Of a stretch of 64,000 nucleotides of DNA, positions 47,921-60,209 are shown piece by piece; the first letter of the stretch is position 1, and every line of letters starts with the position of its first letter. The notes under the pieces are model-generated. The model was given only the letters and a program-made list of their open reading frames with translations. It had not been told where the DNA came from and searched no databases. The DNA is from an uncultured bacterium (GTDB taxonomy: Bacteria > Verrucomicrobiota > Verrucomicrobiia > Limisphaerales > UBA8199), in contig CAVVMW010000007.1 of NCBI GenBank assembly GCA_963749495.1, forward strand, positions 32,001 through 96,000, read 5' to 3'. A program made the position numbers and the translations under genes.

Positions 47921-49816
47921 GTGAAGCCTGCGCATCTCACGGTTCTGTTGACGCTTTTTATTGGCGGCGCGCTTTCCGCTCCTGCCGCTGAACAACTGCT
48001 GCTGGAAGCGGAGAGCTTCAACGATTGCGGGGGCTGGGTGGTGGACCAGCAATTTATGGACCAGATGGGCTCGCCTTTCCTGCTCGCGCATGGCTTGGGG
48101 GAGCCGGTCCACGATGCCAGCACCGTGGCGAGGTTTCCCTCCGCCGGCCGCTACCGGGTGTGGGTGCGTACGCGAGATTGGGTTGCGCCCTGGAAAGCTC
48201 CCGGGGCTCCCGGCCGATTTCAGTTGCTCATCGATGGCAAACCCTTGGCCGCGGTATTCGGCACCGAGGGCGCGGAGTGGCATTGGCAGGACGGAGGCGT
48301 CGTCGCGATCGGCTCCCAGGCCGCAGTGGCCCTCCACGATTTGACGGGCTTCGAGGGCCGCTGCGATGCCGTGCTCTTTTCGAAAGACTTGGACTTTCGC
48401 CCGCCAAACGAGCCGAGCGCCTTGGCCGCCTTCCGCCGGCAGTTGCTGGGCCTGCCAGCCAAACCAGAGTCCGCCGGCCAGTTCGACTTAGTCGTGGTCG
48501 GCGGAGGCATCGCGGGCGTCTGCGCGGCAGTCTCGGCGGCGCGCCTGGGCTTGACCGTGGCCGTGGTCCAGGACCGGCCGGTGCTGGGCGGCAACTCGAG
48601 CTCCGAGGTGCGCGTGTGGCCCGAGGGGCTCACCCGCCAGCAATCCTATCCGCGCATAGGCGATGTCGTTGCCGAATTGGTCTCGGAAAAGAACGCCACA
48701 TCCGGCAATGCCAGGCCGGAGGCGGTGTATGACGATGCGCGCAAACTGGCGGTCGTGAGCGCAGAACCCAGGCTCACGCTGTTCCTTGAGCAACACGTCA
48801 ACGGGGTCGAATGCCGGAGCGGCGTCATCAATGCTGTAATCGCCCAGCACATCCGCAACGGCCGCCGCCTCCGGTTCGCGGCAAAGTGGTTCGCCGATTG
48901 CACGGGCGATGGTGAGGTGGGATTCATGGCCGGCGCCGACCATGAGATGACCCGCGAGCAACACATGGGCGCCAGCAATCTGTGGCGCGTCGAGGACACG
49001 GGCGTCGCCGAGCCCTTCCCCAAATGTCTTTGCCAGGACACCAACGCCCTGAACACCGACTTCGCCGCCGGGAAAGCACCCGCTCCATTCCCGCGATGCC
49101 CTTGGGCGGTGGACCTCACCAACAAACCGTTCCCGGGCAGGCCGGGCGCCAATGGCGGCCCTGCCGGGGAACCTCTCAAGGGCCTGGGCGAATGGTTCTG
49201 GGAGAGTGGATTTGATCGCGACCCGATAGCCGATGCGGAATGGACGCGCGACCTAAACCTGCGCGCCATGTATGGCGCCTGGGACACTCTCAAGAACGTG
49301 GACCACCTCTATCCGAACCACAAACTCGCCTGGGCGGCGTTCATCGCCGGCAAACGCGAATCGCGGCGCTTGCTGGGAGACGTGGTGCTGACGGCCGACG
49401 ATTTCCGCGCCAACCGCCCGTTTGCGGACGCCTGCTTCCCCTGCTCCTGGGGCATTGACCTGCACACGCCCGACCCGGCGTATCGGAAAGGGAACGAAGG
49501 CTCGGAGTTCATTGCGCAGTTCACCCATGGAGGAAAGTATTCGTATCAGGGTCCGTATTGGGCTCCCTATCGGTGCCTCTACAGCCGGAACATCGGCAAC
49601 CTGTTCATGGCCGGCCGCGACATCAGTGTCACCCACGAGGCGCTGGGCGCGGTCCGAGTCATGCGCACGTGCGGCATGATGGGCGAGGTCGTGGGCATGG
49701 CCGCCTCGATTTGCAAACAGAATGACTGCAGTCCGCGCGCGGTGTATGAACAGCATCTGGCCGCGCTCCAAGCCCTGCTGCGGCGCGGGGCGGCGAAACC
49801 CTCGGCGCAGGAATAA
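47921..49816 (+). CDS. secreted FAD-dependent oxidoreductase
   Basis: DLVVVGGGIAG..AA..AAR, LGGNSSSE, DCTGDG, RESRR, NLFMAGR. Confidence 0.9.
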   Translation: MKPAHLTVLLTLFIGGALSAPAAEQLLLEAESFNDCGGWVVDQQFMDQMGSPFLLAHGLGEPVHDASTVARFPSAGRYRVWVRTRDWVAPWKAPGAPGRFQLLIDGKPLAAVFGTEGAEWHWQDGGVVAIGSQAAVALHDLTGFEGRCDAVLFSKDLDFRPPNEPSALAAFRRQLLGLPAKPESAGQFDLVVVGGGIAGVCAAVSAARLGLTVAVVQDRPVLGGNSSSEVRVWPEGLTRQQSYPRIGDVVAELVSEKNATSGNARPEAVYDDARKLAVVSAEPRLTLFLEQHVNGVECRSGVINAVIAQHIRNGRRLRFAAKWFADCTGDGEVGFMAGADHEMTREQHMGASNLWRVEDTGVAEPFPKCLCQDTNALNTDFAAGKAPAPFPRCPWAVDLTNKPFPGRPGANGGPAGEPLKGLGEWFWESGFDRDPIADAEWTRDLNLRAMYGAWDTLKNVDHLYPNHKLAWAAFIAGKRESRRLLGDVVLTADDFRANRPFADACFPCSWGIDLHTPDPAYRKGNEGSEFIAQFTHGGKYSYQGPYWAPYRCLYSRNIGNLFMAGRDISVTHEALGAVRVMRTCGMMGEVVGMAASICKQNDCSPRAVYEQHLAALQALLRRGAAKPSAQE

Positions 49817-49910
49817 GTCGGCGGCAATAAATAAATGGGTTCATTTCTCAACTCGGCCTTATCCGGGCGGCTTGTCGGAATTGATCGAGCGAGGAAGAAC
49901 ATGGTTCGCG

Positions 49911-52089
49911 TTAGCGGTTTTTGGGCGCGAACGCTCTGGCGGCCATTGTGAAGTGGGCGAGTTGTGATCGTCGCTGCTGCTTCTGGATTTCTTCCAAGGC
50001 CGCGAGCTGCTCCGGGCTCAGAAGCGGCTGCAACTGGGTGAGAAACTGCCGGTCGAACTGCTCCTCCTCCCGGGCGAAGGTGTCGAGGCTTTCATCGTTG
50101 CACTGCGCGTCGTAATCGATGGTCTCAAAGTTTCGCCGGCTCAACTCAGTCGTCCAGGGAAATAGAGCGCGCGCCTCGGCCAGGGCCTGGAGCAGGCGCC
50201 CCTGTTGCTCCGGGCTCAATGCCGTGGAGGTCCGGGCTAATCGCCGGTTGAACCGGTCGATCAACATCCGGTCCTGGACGGTTTTTTCGAATTGTCGGAA
50301 GGCCGCATACTGTTCTTGGCCCAGGCAGTCCTTAATCCGGGCGGTGAAACCGGCGGTTTCTCGGTCGGTTTGCCGCGTCAGGTCCGCGCGTCTGGCCGCG
50401 TCGAGCTTCGGGTTCAGCAGCAACCTGCTCCCGTTGAGCCAGGCCGTTATTCGTTTCCGAACCAGGTCCGTGAGTCGCGCCTGTTGGTCCGGACGGAGAT
50501 GGAGTCGTTGGAAGAGCGGCGCGTAGGTCCTCACGGCGGCAGCCTCCGGTCCCTGGGGTGTTAGTCGGAGGGCTTGCAGCCACGGGCTGTCCAGTATCCG
50601 GGCGAGCCATCTTGAGCGCGGCACAAGTTTGCGCAGCACACCGAGAAACAGCGCCACAAGAACGGCACAGGCCAGGGCGGCGATCACAGGACCCAGCCCG
50701 GACGGCAGCCACTCAGACCAGGGAATTTCCGATCCGGGAGTGGCGGAGGGAAGGAAGAGCTTCAGAAGGCAGATAACAGCGCCAATGATCAGCAGGAGCC
50801 AAACTGCTCCGATGAGCGGGTTGCCCATCAGAGCGTGTATCCTGGAAAGGCGTGGTGGGAACTGAAGACCGCGTTGCCGATGCACCATCCGAACAAACCA
50901 AACGATGAGCAGTGCGTACACGGCCATGACCGCAGCGCACCGCAGCCAATGCTGCTTCCAAGGTAGCACGATGCCCGCACTCGCAACCAGCAGTAGCATT
51001 GGGATCGTAACCTTGATTGTCCTGCGAATCCCATAGCGCCCCGGCATTTGGTCCATGTCCGCTCCTTCGTCCGCGCGAATCTCCAACCTTCTCCGGGTCA
51101 GGTAAGCCATTGCCAACATCTGACAGACGACCAAGGCGAAAAGCAGCACGCCGGCAGCGGTGGCAAAGGCCCAAGGGTGATGAGGAAAAAACGAGACACT
51201 AAGGGCAACGGTTCCCAGGAACACAATGACGAAGAAGCCGACCTGATATTCGGAGCATGCGCACCACGAACTTCCGTTCGCCCGGCGATTGTGAGTCATC
51301 CACCATCGTCTTCCAGGAGAAAAGAACAGCACCCAGCATGGACATCAAACCGGCCAACGCAGTCAACGAAAGGATGCTTTTCGCCCCCGCCCCACCCTTG
51401 GCCACGGCGACCCCGACTGAGGCGGCTTTGGCCGAAGTGACGGCGATGGGCAGCGCGGCAACCACGGCCACGGTAAAGCTCTGGCCCGGCGAGGTCTTTT
51501 CCAGCGCGGATTCCACAAACCCCAGTACTTCTTCCTGCAAGAGTTTTCGCCCGCGCGACAGGCGCTGCCTGACCGCCTCCTCGGTCAGTTCCAGGTGTTG
51601 CGCCACGGTCCCGATGGATTGGTGTTCCCGATAAAACAGCACCAGGGGCAGACGGTATGTTTCCGGAATCCGTTCGAGCGAGCGCCACAGGATTTCCGCT
51701 TCCTCGTGGCTGATGGCGCGTTCCACGGGCAGCGGTTCAGCCGAACGTGGTTCCGGGATTCCGTCCAGCGTTTCGGCACGATTGCTTGGCTCCTGCCCTT
51801 GCGCACGCAGGGACTGGTTGATGAGATTTCGGGCGATGCCGCAAAGCCACGCGCGGAGCTTCGCGGGTTCGCGCAACTCGGCCAGGTGTTTCCACGCGGC
51901 GAGGAAGGTTTCCTGCGCCAGATCTTCGCTTTGGCTCAGGCTGCCCGTGGCGCTGTAGGCCAGCGAGCACACGAGCGACTGGTAGCGCGAAACGATGTGT
52001 CCGAACGCCTCACGGTTGCCCGCGAGACAGGCCTGGACCAAGTCCGCATCCCCGCTCGCCGCCGGCTGTGTCATGTGGGTTGTCATCAT
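49911..52089 (-). pseudogene. ECF sigma factor with multi-TM extension, frameshifted near 51250
   Basis: AFGHIV.RYQ, SEDLAQETF, VRQRLSRGR in one frame; TM-rich tail in another. Confidence 0.75.
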
Positions 52090-52827
52090 ATCGCAGTTCC
52101 AGTGGTTGAAAAGCGTCAAAGTGTGACAAAGTGTTTCTTGAACGTGGTGTCGGGCGGGATCTCCCGTTTGTTCAACCGTTCGACATAGGCGCGTTTCAGC
52201 GCGGCCACGCACTTGGCATTGAACCGGAGCGACGCCGCAAAGGCGTCCTTGGCGTTGGCGATGGCGCTGGCCGAGCTGTATGAGAGGCGGCTCGTCTCCC
52301 GTCCCGTCCTCCAGGTCTTCCGGGAACTGGGCGAAAAGGCGGACCCTCCCCTGCCGAGCGTTAACGAGTCCCGCGAGGGCCTGCTGATTCCCAGCGTGGA
52401 AGCCGAGGGATTCCGCCTCGAGTCCGCCTTCGTTGGGCCCACACCCGTCGAGCCCACCTTCCGCCCCATGAAGCCCATCTTGGCCTTCACGCTGATAGGG
52501 TGGAGGCACAACTCCAGGACGGAGGCCATCCCTGCGGCTGGGCCTCTGTTCCATCTCTCCGTATCAACGGGTATGCTGGATCAAGGGAACTGGTGCCTGC
52601 CAGGCATCCCCTGCATCACCCGACTCCTGACGAAGGAACTACAACGGCTCGTGCCCGGAGGCACGCCGCTGGACCTCTTCACCACCGCCGCCAAGCACGC
52701 CGTTTCAACCTGTAGGGGCAAAAGGAGGGCTGTTGATGCTGAAGACGAGATGAACAACAACAATGTTGGCCCGAGATTGGGACATGAGGGATGACGCCCT
52801 CCCCAGGAACCGGCGCCAAGTCCGAAG

Positions 52828-52912
52828 GTTTTGGACTGCGGCAGTCCTCTGCCGCTTTCGCGCCGGCAGCGAGGGGACACAAAAGCGGCAGAGGACTGCC
52901 GCAGTCCAAAAC
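52828..52912. repeat. REP-like palindrome (copy of 22546-22625)
   Basis: gttttggactgcggcagtcctctgccgcttt ... aaagcggcagaggactgccgcagtccaaaac. Confidence 0.8.
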
Positions 52913-53342
52913 GCTTCGCGGGACGGGAACGCAGTGTCGAGGTTCAGGGGCGCAAAGCGCGAATTCGTTCGGGGAATTCTTACAGGGCTGGGGACGTTCG
53001 CGGCTGTGGTTGACCTGGGCCTTCGCTCGCCGGACTCGCTCCAACCCAGGCTATCACATCGCGGGCCTTCGGCCCTGATGCACCGCCGCGCTCCCCCGGA
53101 GGGCGAGCCCGGCCAAACCCGCTCCATGCCTGGCATTTCGGAGAGGAGCGCAGGACAGAATTCTTCGGGCGCACGATTGAGCCGGCGGCGCGTGCTCTCG
53201 ACGCCAAAGGCGTCGTTCATACCAGCCCAGGGCCTCGCCCTGGGAACCGCCCCCAAAAGCCATTCCGAGCGCTGAAGGCGCGACTCATCCTTATGAAGTC
53301 CCGATTCGGAATCGAGATAGAAGGCGAACCTGACCCTGAGGT

Positions 53343-53764
53343 GGGTGCGTGAAAAAATAGTAACCATTAGACTTGTTCATTTCCGCGTATTCCGCGTATT
53401 CCGCGGTTCATTCTTCTTCGGCGCTTTGCTAGCGTCGCCCACCATGAAAACCAATCTTATTCAAAATTACCTCAAGGCGACCGGGTTCAAGCTCGGGCTG
53501 TTGGTCAACTTTGGCCATTACCCCAAGGTCCAAATTGAGCGCATCGTGGCGGAGCGGGGCCGATACGGCTATGGCAGATGAGGGCAACCGCGGAATACGC
53601 GGAATACGCGGAAAACAAAGCCGTTCAGTGATCCGGGGGGGGTTGGCCGACATTGGGGCAGCCCCATTTCATCGCGGTTGCATCCGCATAGATACAATCA
53701 CGGAAGGGAAGAAACAACGCCTGCCTTGGTCTCTGCAAAGGAGGTTACTTTTTTTGTCCGGCCC
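53343..53764. mobile_element. MITE copy 2, containing a GxxExxY-family C-terminal remnant
   Basis: same inverted ends as copy 1; 9-bp duplication ccctgaggt; NYLKATGFKLGLLVNFG. Confidence 0.88.
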
Positions 53765-53939
53765 CCCTGAGGTTGTCAATATCGTATGCGCTGAAGGCCT
53801 ACATGAACCAAGCTGAAGTACGATGCCCTTCCCGCCACCGTGGGCAGGCACTCATCTCGCAAAAGTTGTCTTAGATTGGCCTTATCAGTGGTGGGCATTC
53901 TAGTCTCTCGGTGCGGGATCTTCAACCCCTTTCATTTGC

Positions 53940-54040
53940 TCATGTTCCCAAATTGAGTTCGTTGGAGCAGGCCCCATCGAGCAGCGACGGCTGGGACGCA
54001 CGGCGCGTTTTGCGGAGGGCGGCCCATTTGCTCTCGAACT
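53940..54040. repeat. ~100-bp direct repeat (other copy 55551-55651)
   Basis: near-identical tcatgttcccaa...gctctcgaact. Confidence 0.85.
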
Positions 54041-54069
54041 CGGCCTGGAAGAGGTCCGCAAGGCGGGTG

Positions 54070-54480
54070 ACACTCTCGTGCTGGGTGATGCCGGAAAGTT
54101 CGGTGCGGGTGTAGTGCGGCTTCTTCAGCGCGATGGCGAAGAACAGGTAGGACTCCATTGCCGCGCCGTTGTATTTGCCTTTGCTGTCGAACAGGAATTG
54201 CTGGGGGCCTGCAGCGGCGGCGCAGAACCTCGTCGTCCGTAAGCTGGAAAAGGAAATCCACCGACTGCCACTCCGCGAGGAGGGCATGGTCCGGATTGAG
54301 TTTCCGGCCCTGGGTGAACGTGGTGAGAAAATTGTCCGGAGTGTTCGGCTTGAGGGGGAGGCCCTTGTCGCTCTTATAGCCGAGCGAGCCGAACAGGGAG
54401 GTGGCCGCGGCGGCCGCGGGTTGGTCGGCGAAGCCACTCAAGGCGGCGGTGATGGCGCGTTTGGTTTCGAGTGGGTTCAT
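54070..54480 (-). pseudogene. N-terminal remnant of a large restriction-modification-type protein
   Basis: LF.SLGY.S, FLFQLTD.E, SYLFFAI.L..YTRT.L..IT; frameshifted and truncated. Confidence 0.5.
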
Positions 54481-55294
54481 GGCTCGCGAGCTTTTTTCCG
54501 GGTGAGGCGCAGAGGTTTCCAGTCCGGGGCGGGGGCGGCCAGGAGGTAGAACTCGTGGAGTTTGCGCTGGAGGAGGCGCTTGTCGGGCAGGGCCATTTGG
54601 TATTCGGCGATCAGCGCCGGGGAGAGCGAGCGGGCGAGGGCGTATTCGACGACTTCGTTGTTCGAGGAAATCGAGCAGGTAGGTGTCTTTGAAGATGGTT
54701 TCGGCGGCGGGGTGCAATTGTGTCACCAGTGGCGACACTTTTGGGGGTGCCAGGAGGGTGCGTTCGAAGAGGGCGGAAGCGAGTTGACGCTCCAGTTCGC
54801 GTTTCCCCCAGCGTTCGCGCAGGCAGGCGCGGAGATAAAACTCGCGCTCTTCGGGGCGTTTGCAGCGGCCCAGGATGAGGAGGTTGTGCGTCCAGGGCAA
54901 TTGTCTCGCCAGCGGTGAGACTTTTGTCTCGCGCCTGTAGGTTTCATAGAACTGGCGCATCCGAAAAAGATTCGGACGGGCGAAACCCCGGATTTCAGGA
55001 TGCTGCCGACTGATGAAGCGAGCCAATTCGTCAATGACTGCGTCGCCCCACTCCGCCGCTTCCACCTTGCGGCTGATATACTCGCCGACTCGCCAATAAA
55101 GGTCGATCGAGCTCTGTGTTGACGACTTGATAGGCGCGGTCGCGAGCCTCCTCAATCATCGCCACCACTTCACGAAAGGCCGTCTCTTGATGGACCTGGC
55201 CAATTGTCGCACCACTGGTGCGAGTTTTGCCCCTGGGGACAATTCTCTGAACATGGCCGAGGCTTTTTCTTCGGCTTGAACGTTTGGGCTTCAT
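54481..55294 (-). pseudogene. yhcG: YhcG/DUF1016 PDDEXK nuclease, frameshift plus internal deletion
   Basis: LYWRVG..I, WG.AVI, NLFRMRQFY, LPWTHN, EREFY, FKDTYLLDFL. Confidence 0.85.
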
Positions 55295-56102
55295 GGCTTC
55301 TCGAAGTGGGCGACGAGAGTGCTTTCGCTCGGGGCGTTTGCTTCTTCCATAGGTGTTACGTGGACCCCATCAAATTGTCAATATACAGTATTTCGCTTTC
55401 AGCCAGCCGCCGACCACAGTGCTGCCAGGCGTTGCTTGTGGGCGGCGGGGTCCTATTGGCAATTGGCCATGGCGCGCTCCAGGCCCTCGATGACCTCGCG
55501 GATGGTTCCATGCTGGGTCCCTCATACCTGTTTTGGATTAACGAGTGGGGTCATGTTCCCAAGCTGAGTTCATCGGAGCAGGCTCCATCGAGCAGCGACG
55601 GCTGGGACGCACGGCGCGTTTTGCGGAGGGCGGCCCATTTGCTCTCGAACTTTGCCTGAAAACGGCTCCCCGGCGCAATCCCGGCCAACCGCAGCCTCCG
55701 CTCCCCCTCAGGCGTAAGCTGGAAAGTAACCACCGCCCCTCGAATCGAGGTCAGCACGTAACAGGCGTTCCGGTCTCGGTATTGATGGAGTCTGGGCATG
55801 CTTGAGATTTATTAGAAAAGGGCTTTACAAACGGGGCAAATGGGGCGATAAAGGTATTGCTGTGAGCAAAACTCGGCCTCGTGCCGTGAGAGCCCCAAAG
55901 GCTCCTATACTCACGGCTTTTTTCTTTTTGTGAGCAACCCTTGGTTCCACCGAGTGACCGTCCCCTTGAGTCAAAGACGGTGGGCTCGCCGGCTCCGTCA
56001 ACGAAGATGTGCTGCGTTTCCACTGTGTCGTGTTCGGGTTGCCCCGCGCCATTGAAGAGGTCGCTCATTGCCAAGGGCTGGACGGGGTGCTTAGATACCG
56101 CA

Positions 56103-59100
56103 TCAAGTGGTGGAATCGCCGTCGCTGTCGTGCGCGCCGGAAGTGAACGCGTCGGGCCAACCGCCGTGCTTGTCGATGACGCTGTCGATCTCGGCCATCA
56201 GGCGAATCGTTTCAGATAGAGCGACTACGATTCTCTGATAATGGGTGCGGTCGTCGGCGGAGAGTTGCCGGCCTCTGCGGTCTTTGAGCCATTTCTCGCA
56301 CACCTGGTAGCCGCCGATGTGGAAGTGCCAAACGGCTTCGGGCACGCCTTTGAAGCCGCTGGTCTGGCCCGTGTCTATCCAGACGGTGTTCATGCGCCAC
56401 GAGACTCTCTCGACTTCGGGACTGCGCCCGCCGACATATTCGGTTATGGGCTTGTCGAGTGTGGGGGACTCCAACAGGTGTAGCCCAACGAGTTCGCCGC
56501 CCAAGCGGGCCAGCGCCCGGAACACCTTCAGATCTGCGGTCAGCGGCAAGCGCGGGAAATTTATCTTCAGAAACTCCGCGTAGCGACTCCGATAGTTGGG
56601 ACTGTGAAACACCGCGTAGGCGTAGTGAAAGATGTCCTCAGGCGTGAGGCTGTCGGGCAAGCCGTCCGCGCCTCCCGGTGGAAGCCGAAGGTGCCCGGCG
56701 AGCCTCTTGAGGAAGGACTCGGACAGATTCGGACGCCGTCTTCGTGGATGCCCGGCGCCGCGTCCCTTCCGGCCCGGCGCAAAGTCCAAGCTCTCCTCGT
56801 AGACGTAAAGGGGATAGGCTCGGGCCTCGCCCGTGAAAGATGCGAGAGCGCGCTTGTCAACGAGCTTGTCGGCGACCAAAATCTCCGTGAAGTCGGTCGG
56901 GTTCGTTTGGCGGGTGCAAACGAGGGCGACATTGTGTTCGAGCATGTGCTTCATCACGCTCCAGCGGCCATCACCGCGCTCAATAATGTTTGGCTCGTAA
57001 AACACGAACCGAAAATCGAAGGGCCGGTAGAAGTAGTCCCGAACTTTTTCGGGAACAGCCTGACCTTGGATCTGCCTTCTCGCGTGTGCCAGAGACCAAT
57101 AAGCAGTGTCTTCAATCGACAACTCCTTCTTGAGCTCAGCAATGTCCGACCTTCGGGCTATCTCCTGAAAGCGGTCCACTAATTGCTGTTTCGAGTAGCC
57201 CACTAGAAGCTCGTCACGATGAGTCTTGATGCCACTGATCCCCAGAGGGAACATCTCTGGAATGCTAGGCCCGACCCTGTACTCGCAGGCCAACGAAAGA
57301 TCTTTCGGAACGAAGAAGAATTCCGGCGACAACGCGGGGAGTGGACTCACCGCAATCTGTTTGAGGCTAACCAGTCGCTCGTACTTCGAGGACCGCTCCC
57401 CCCAAAGGTCGGCGGCGGCCATCCGCTGGGCAGACGGTGACTTGGCGAGAATTGATATCCCCACGCCGACAGTGATGTCGAACACATTTTCATCTCTCCC
57501 GCCCTCCGGGGTTGTTTCCCCTTTTTTCAGACTACCGTGGAGATTGATGACCCGAATGAGATTGAAATCTTCCAGCAGCGTTTGCCGCATCCTCCGGTGC
57601 GTTGGGCCGTCGTAGAACGCATTGTTCGTAATCACGCCCAAGACGCCGCTGCCGGCACTGTCGAGCAGGTGTTGAGAATATCGAACGAATTTGATGAAAT
57701 CGTCGTCCAGGTTGATCTTCTTTTCGTCGAGGCCGCGCTTATAGTCATTCAGGAGATTCAGGATGAACGGTATTCGGTTCAGCTGGCCAAAGTTGGAGTA
57801 CGGCGGGTTCCCGATCACGACCGTGAATCGTTTAGTGCGTTTGACGTGGTTAACTTCCTGGGCTTCGCGGGCGAGCGGGCCGAAGAGGTCGGCGAGCTTG
57901 GAGCCGGCGATGTCGGAGGGCGGTTCGAGGGTGTTGGTGAGATAGATGTGGAGGCGGTCGCCGTCGCGGAACTGGTAACCAGTCTCCCCGAGCTTAAGGG
58001 CCAGCTTGACGTGTGCTATCGCATACGGCGCCATCATGATTTCGAACCCATAGAGGCGCGGGAGGAGGTGATCGGGCACGTAGTCGCGCCAGCGGACGAG
58101 GATTTCGGGATCACGCCAGGTGTTGGGCGATTCGGGGTCCGGCTTGCCGAGTTCTCGCGCCCATTTGGTTTTCATGGTGCGCTCGATGACCTCGATGCAC
58201 TCATTCAGGAACGTTGCCGTGCCGGTGGCGATGTCGAGGATAAGGACGAACGGTTCGTCCGGCGAAAGGCCGTTGGGGATTTCGAATACCGGCACGGCAG
58301 CGCTGCCCTCCTGCTGAGCGAGGACGCGGCGGCGCTCCATTTGCGCCGCAACGTTGGCCCAAGTGGCCGTGGAGGCGAGACCATCCTCGAGGCCGAACTC
58401 GGTTTGCAGCAGCTCGTGGACGCTCCGAACGATATAGGAGACGACCGGGCGCGGGGTGAAGAAGACCCCGCGCTTGATGCGCTGCTCAGAGTCATAGGCC
58501 TTCAGAAAGCCTTCATAGAACCGGATGACCGGATCCTCGGCGGGGTTGAGGTCGTTAAAGGCCGCCTTGATGGCCTCGGTGTTGGTGGCGCGAAGCAAGT
58601 CGAGGACATCGTTGATGCCGAGCTCGTCCACGTCGAAATGGAACTTACCGCGGTTGAGGCTGAAGAGGCTCTCCAGCAGGTTTTCGAGGAAGGGGTTTGT
58701 GATCTTCGTAAGCTGGACGAGATTCTCGGCATTGATCCCCGCCGGACGCGAGAAGCTGGCGGAGAGCAGGCCGTAGGAAACGGTCTGCGCGTACATGTCC
58801 GCAAATTGGTCCTCGGACATGTCGTGGATGAGCAGGCTGCGGACAGCGGTGAAGAGCCTGCGCATCGGGCCAGCTCGGTTTCGGCTTCGAGCACGGCGAG
58901 ACCGCGTTTTCGGATGTTGGATGCAACCTCGGCCAGGCGCGCGATGAGGGCCTCGGCGGATTCGATGGGTTCGCCATAGCGATCCGTGAAAGCGCCGGAC
59001 CAGCGAACGCGCCACATGGCCAAGTCACCGGAGGTCTCCGGCCACCGCAAGCAGCTTCGCATGCGGTTGGCGACCCGATCGAGGTTCATGATGGAGTTCT

Positions 59101-59566
59101 GATCGTCCCAGCCGAGCACGCGCAGGACTGGGAGTTGGCCCTCCTCGGATTCCGAGAAATGGGCGAAGGAGATGTTGCGGTGTTCTTCCTCGCCATAGGA
59201 CGAAATGAACAGAAGGTCGTGCAAGTGCCAGGTCGGCCGGCTGGCCTTGTCGGCGGTGGCCCGGCTCTTCGTGATGAGTTTGCCCAGGATGCGCCGGAGG
59301 ACGACCATGGGAAGCTTCTTCTTTTCGAAGCTGACCCAGAAGATGCCCCAGGGCTGGCCGGTGACGAGCGGGCGGAGTTGCTTGATCTCCCGGATTTTGA
59401 CGGCATGCTTGGGGTCGAAGCCGAGTTCCTCAGGGCTGTACTCGAAGGTGAGGTCGTCCACATTGTCCGGGTTAATTGGCCAGTCGAGTTCATCCCGCAG
59501 GTACTTGACCAGGGAGGGGAAGGTCTTGATGGAGCGGAGTTGGTCGAGGTCGGGTTGGAGTGGCAT
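56103..59566 (-). CDS. N6-adenine DNA methyltransferase with type ISP C-terminal specificity domain; single frameshift near 58870
   Basis: FYEGFL, GVFFTP, ILDIATGTATFL, VIGNPPY, YRPFD, FPRLP, IGGYQV..KWLKDR. Confidence 0.88.
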
Positions 59567-59569
59567 AGG

Positions 59570-60193
59570 TTACCAAGTTGAGGGTCTGTGAAAGGTGCCA
59601 ACGGCGTCAGTGAGTGTGGGGGGAAATTGGGACGCGGCCAGGACGCCATTGCGGATGTGTTTGTAGAAGGTGGCCTGGTTGGCCAGGACCCAACAGGTCC
59701 GTTTCTGAGGGTTGAGGACGCCGACCGGCCTTTTGAGGTCATTCATCACGAAGGTTACGGGGGCCAGCAGGTCGGAGTCGCCGCTGACGATGACGGCCAT
59801 CTCGTAGCGCTGGAGGTGGCCGTCGTGCAAGAGATGAGAGGCAAGGTTCACATCCGAGCCCTTCTCGTCCATGCGGATGACGCGCACCAGGGCTGGCAGG
59901 CCCGGGACCGGCTGTGCCAAAGGCATAGTCACGGTGTGGCTGAGAAAATGGCCAAAGTAGATTTCCAAGTCCGGCAAGGTGCGGAGGGCCCGGAGGTAAG
60001 TGTCCTGCCTCGTCGGGCCGTCCGGGTCGGCTGGCAGGGCGACGATGCGCGCGGTAAAGTACTTGATGCGTTCAACGTCGTGGCGCGGCAGAAGCGCGCC
60101 GCAGAGCCGGCGCAGGTCGAGCCATCGGAAGGGCGTGCGCTTGAGGCTGCCGTAGTAGAGGTTCAGACCGTCCACGTAAACCCAGGTTCTCAT
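59570..60193 (-). CDS. NYN domain (PIN-like) nuclease
   Basis: VYVDGLNLYY, EKGSDVNLA, VSGDSDL. Confidence 0.92.
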   Translation of the reverse strand: MRTWVYVDGLNLYYGSLKRTPFRWLDLRRLCGALLPRHDVERIKYFTARIVALPADPDGPTRQDTYLRALRTLPDLEIYFGHFLSHTVTMPLAQPVPGLPALVRVIRMDEKGSDVNLASHLLHDGHLQRYEMAVIVSGDSDLLAPVTFVMNDLKRPVGVLNPQKRTCWVLANQATFYKHIRNGVLAASQFPPTLTDAVGTFHRPSTW

Positions 60194-60209
60194 GGAGAGA
60201 CTTCACCGG

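Noticed and set aside
52213..52794. 193-aa ORF as a confident gene
   Set aside because: No recognisable motifs, TTG start, and it lies among fragments and REPs
19232..53764. Composite transposon bounded by the two MITE copies
   Set aside because: Each copy has its own distinct 9-bp target duplication, so they inserted independently
55883..55930. Hairpin plus T tract as a small RNA gene
   Set aside because: Looks like a terminator, with only a weak promoter match and no other support
25252..59566. Programmed frameshifting in the sulfatase, GH20 and methyltransferase genes
   Set aside because: No slippery heptamer with a downstream structure seen; single-base indels are better explained by decay or sequencing error
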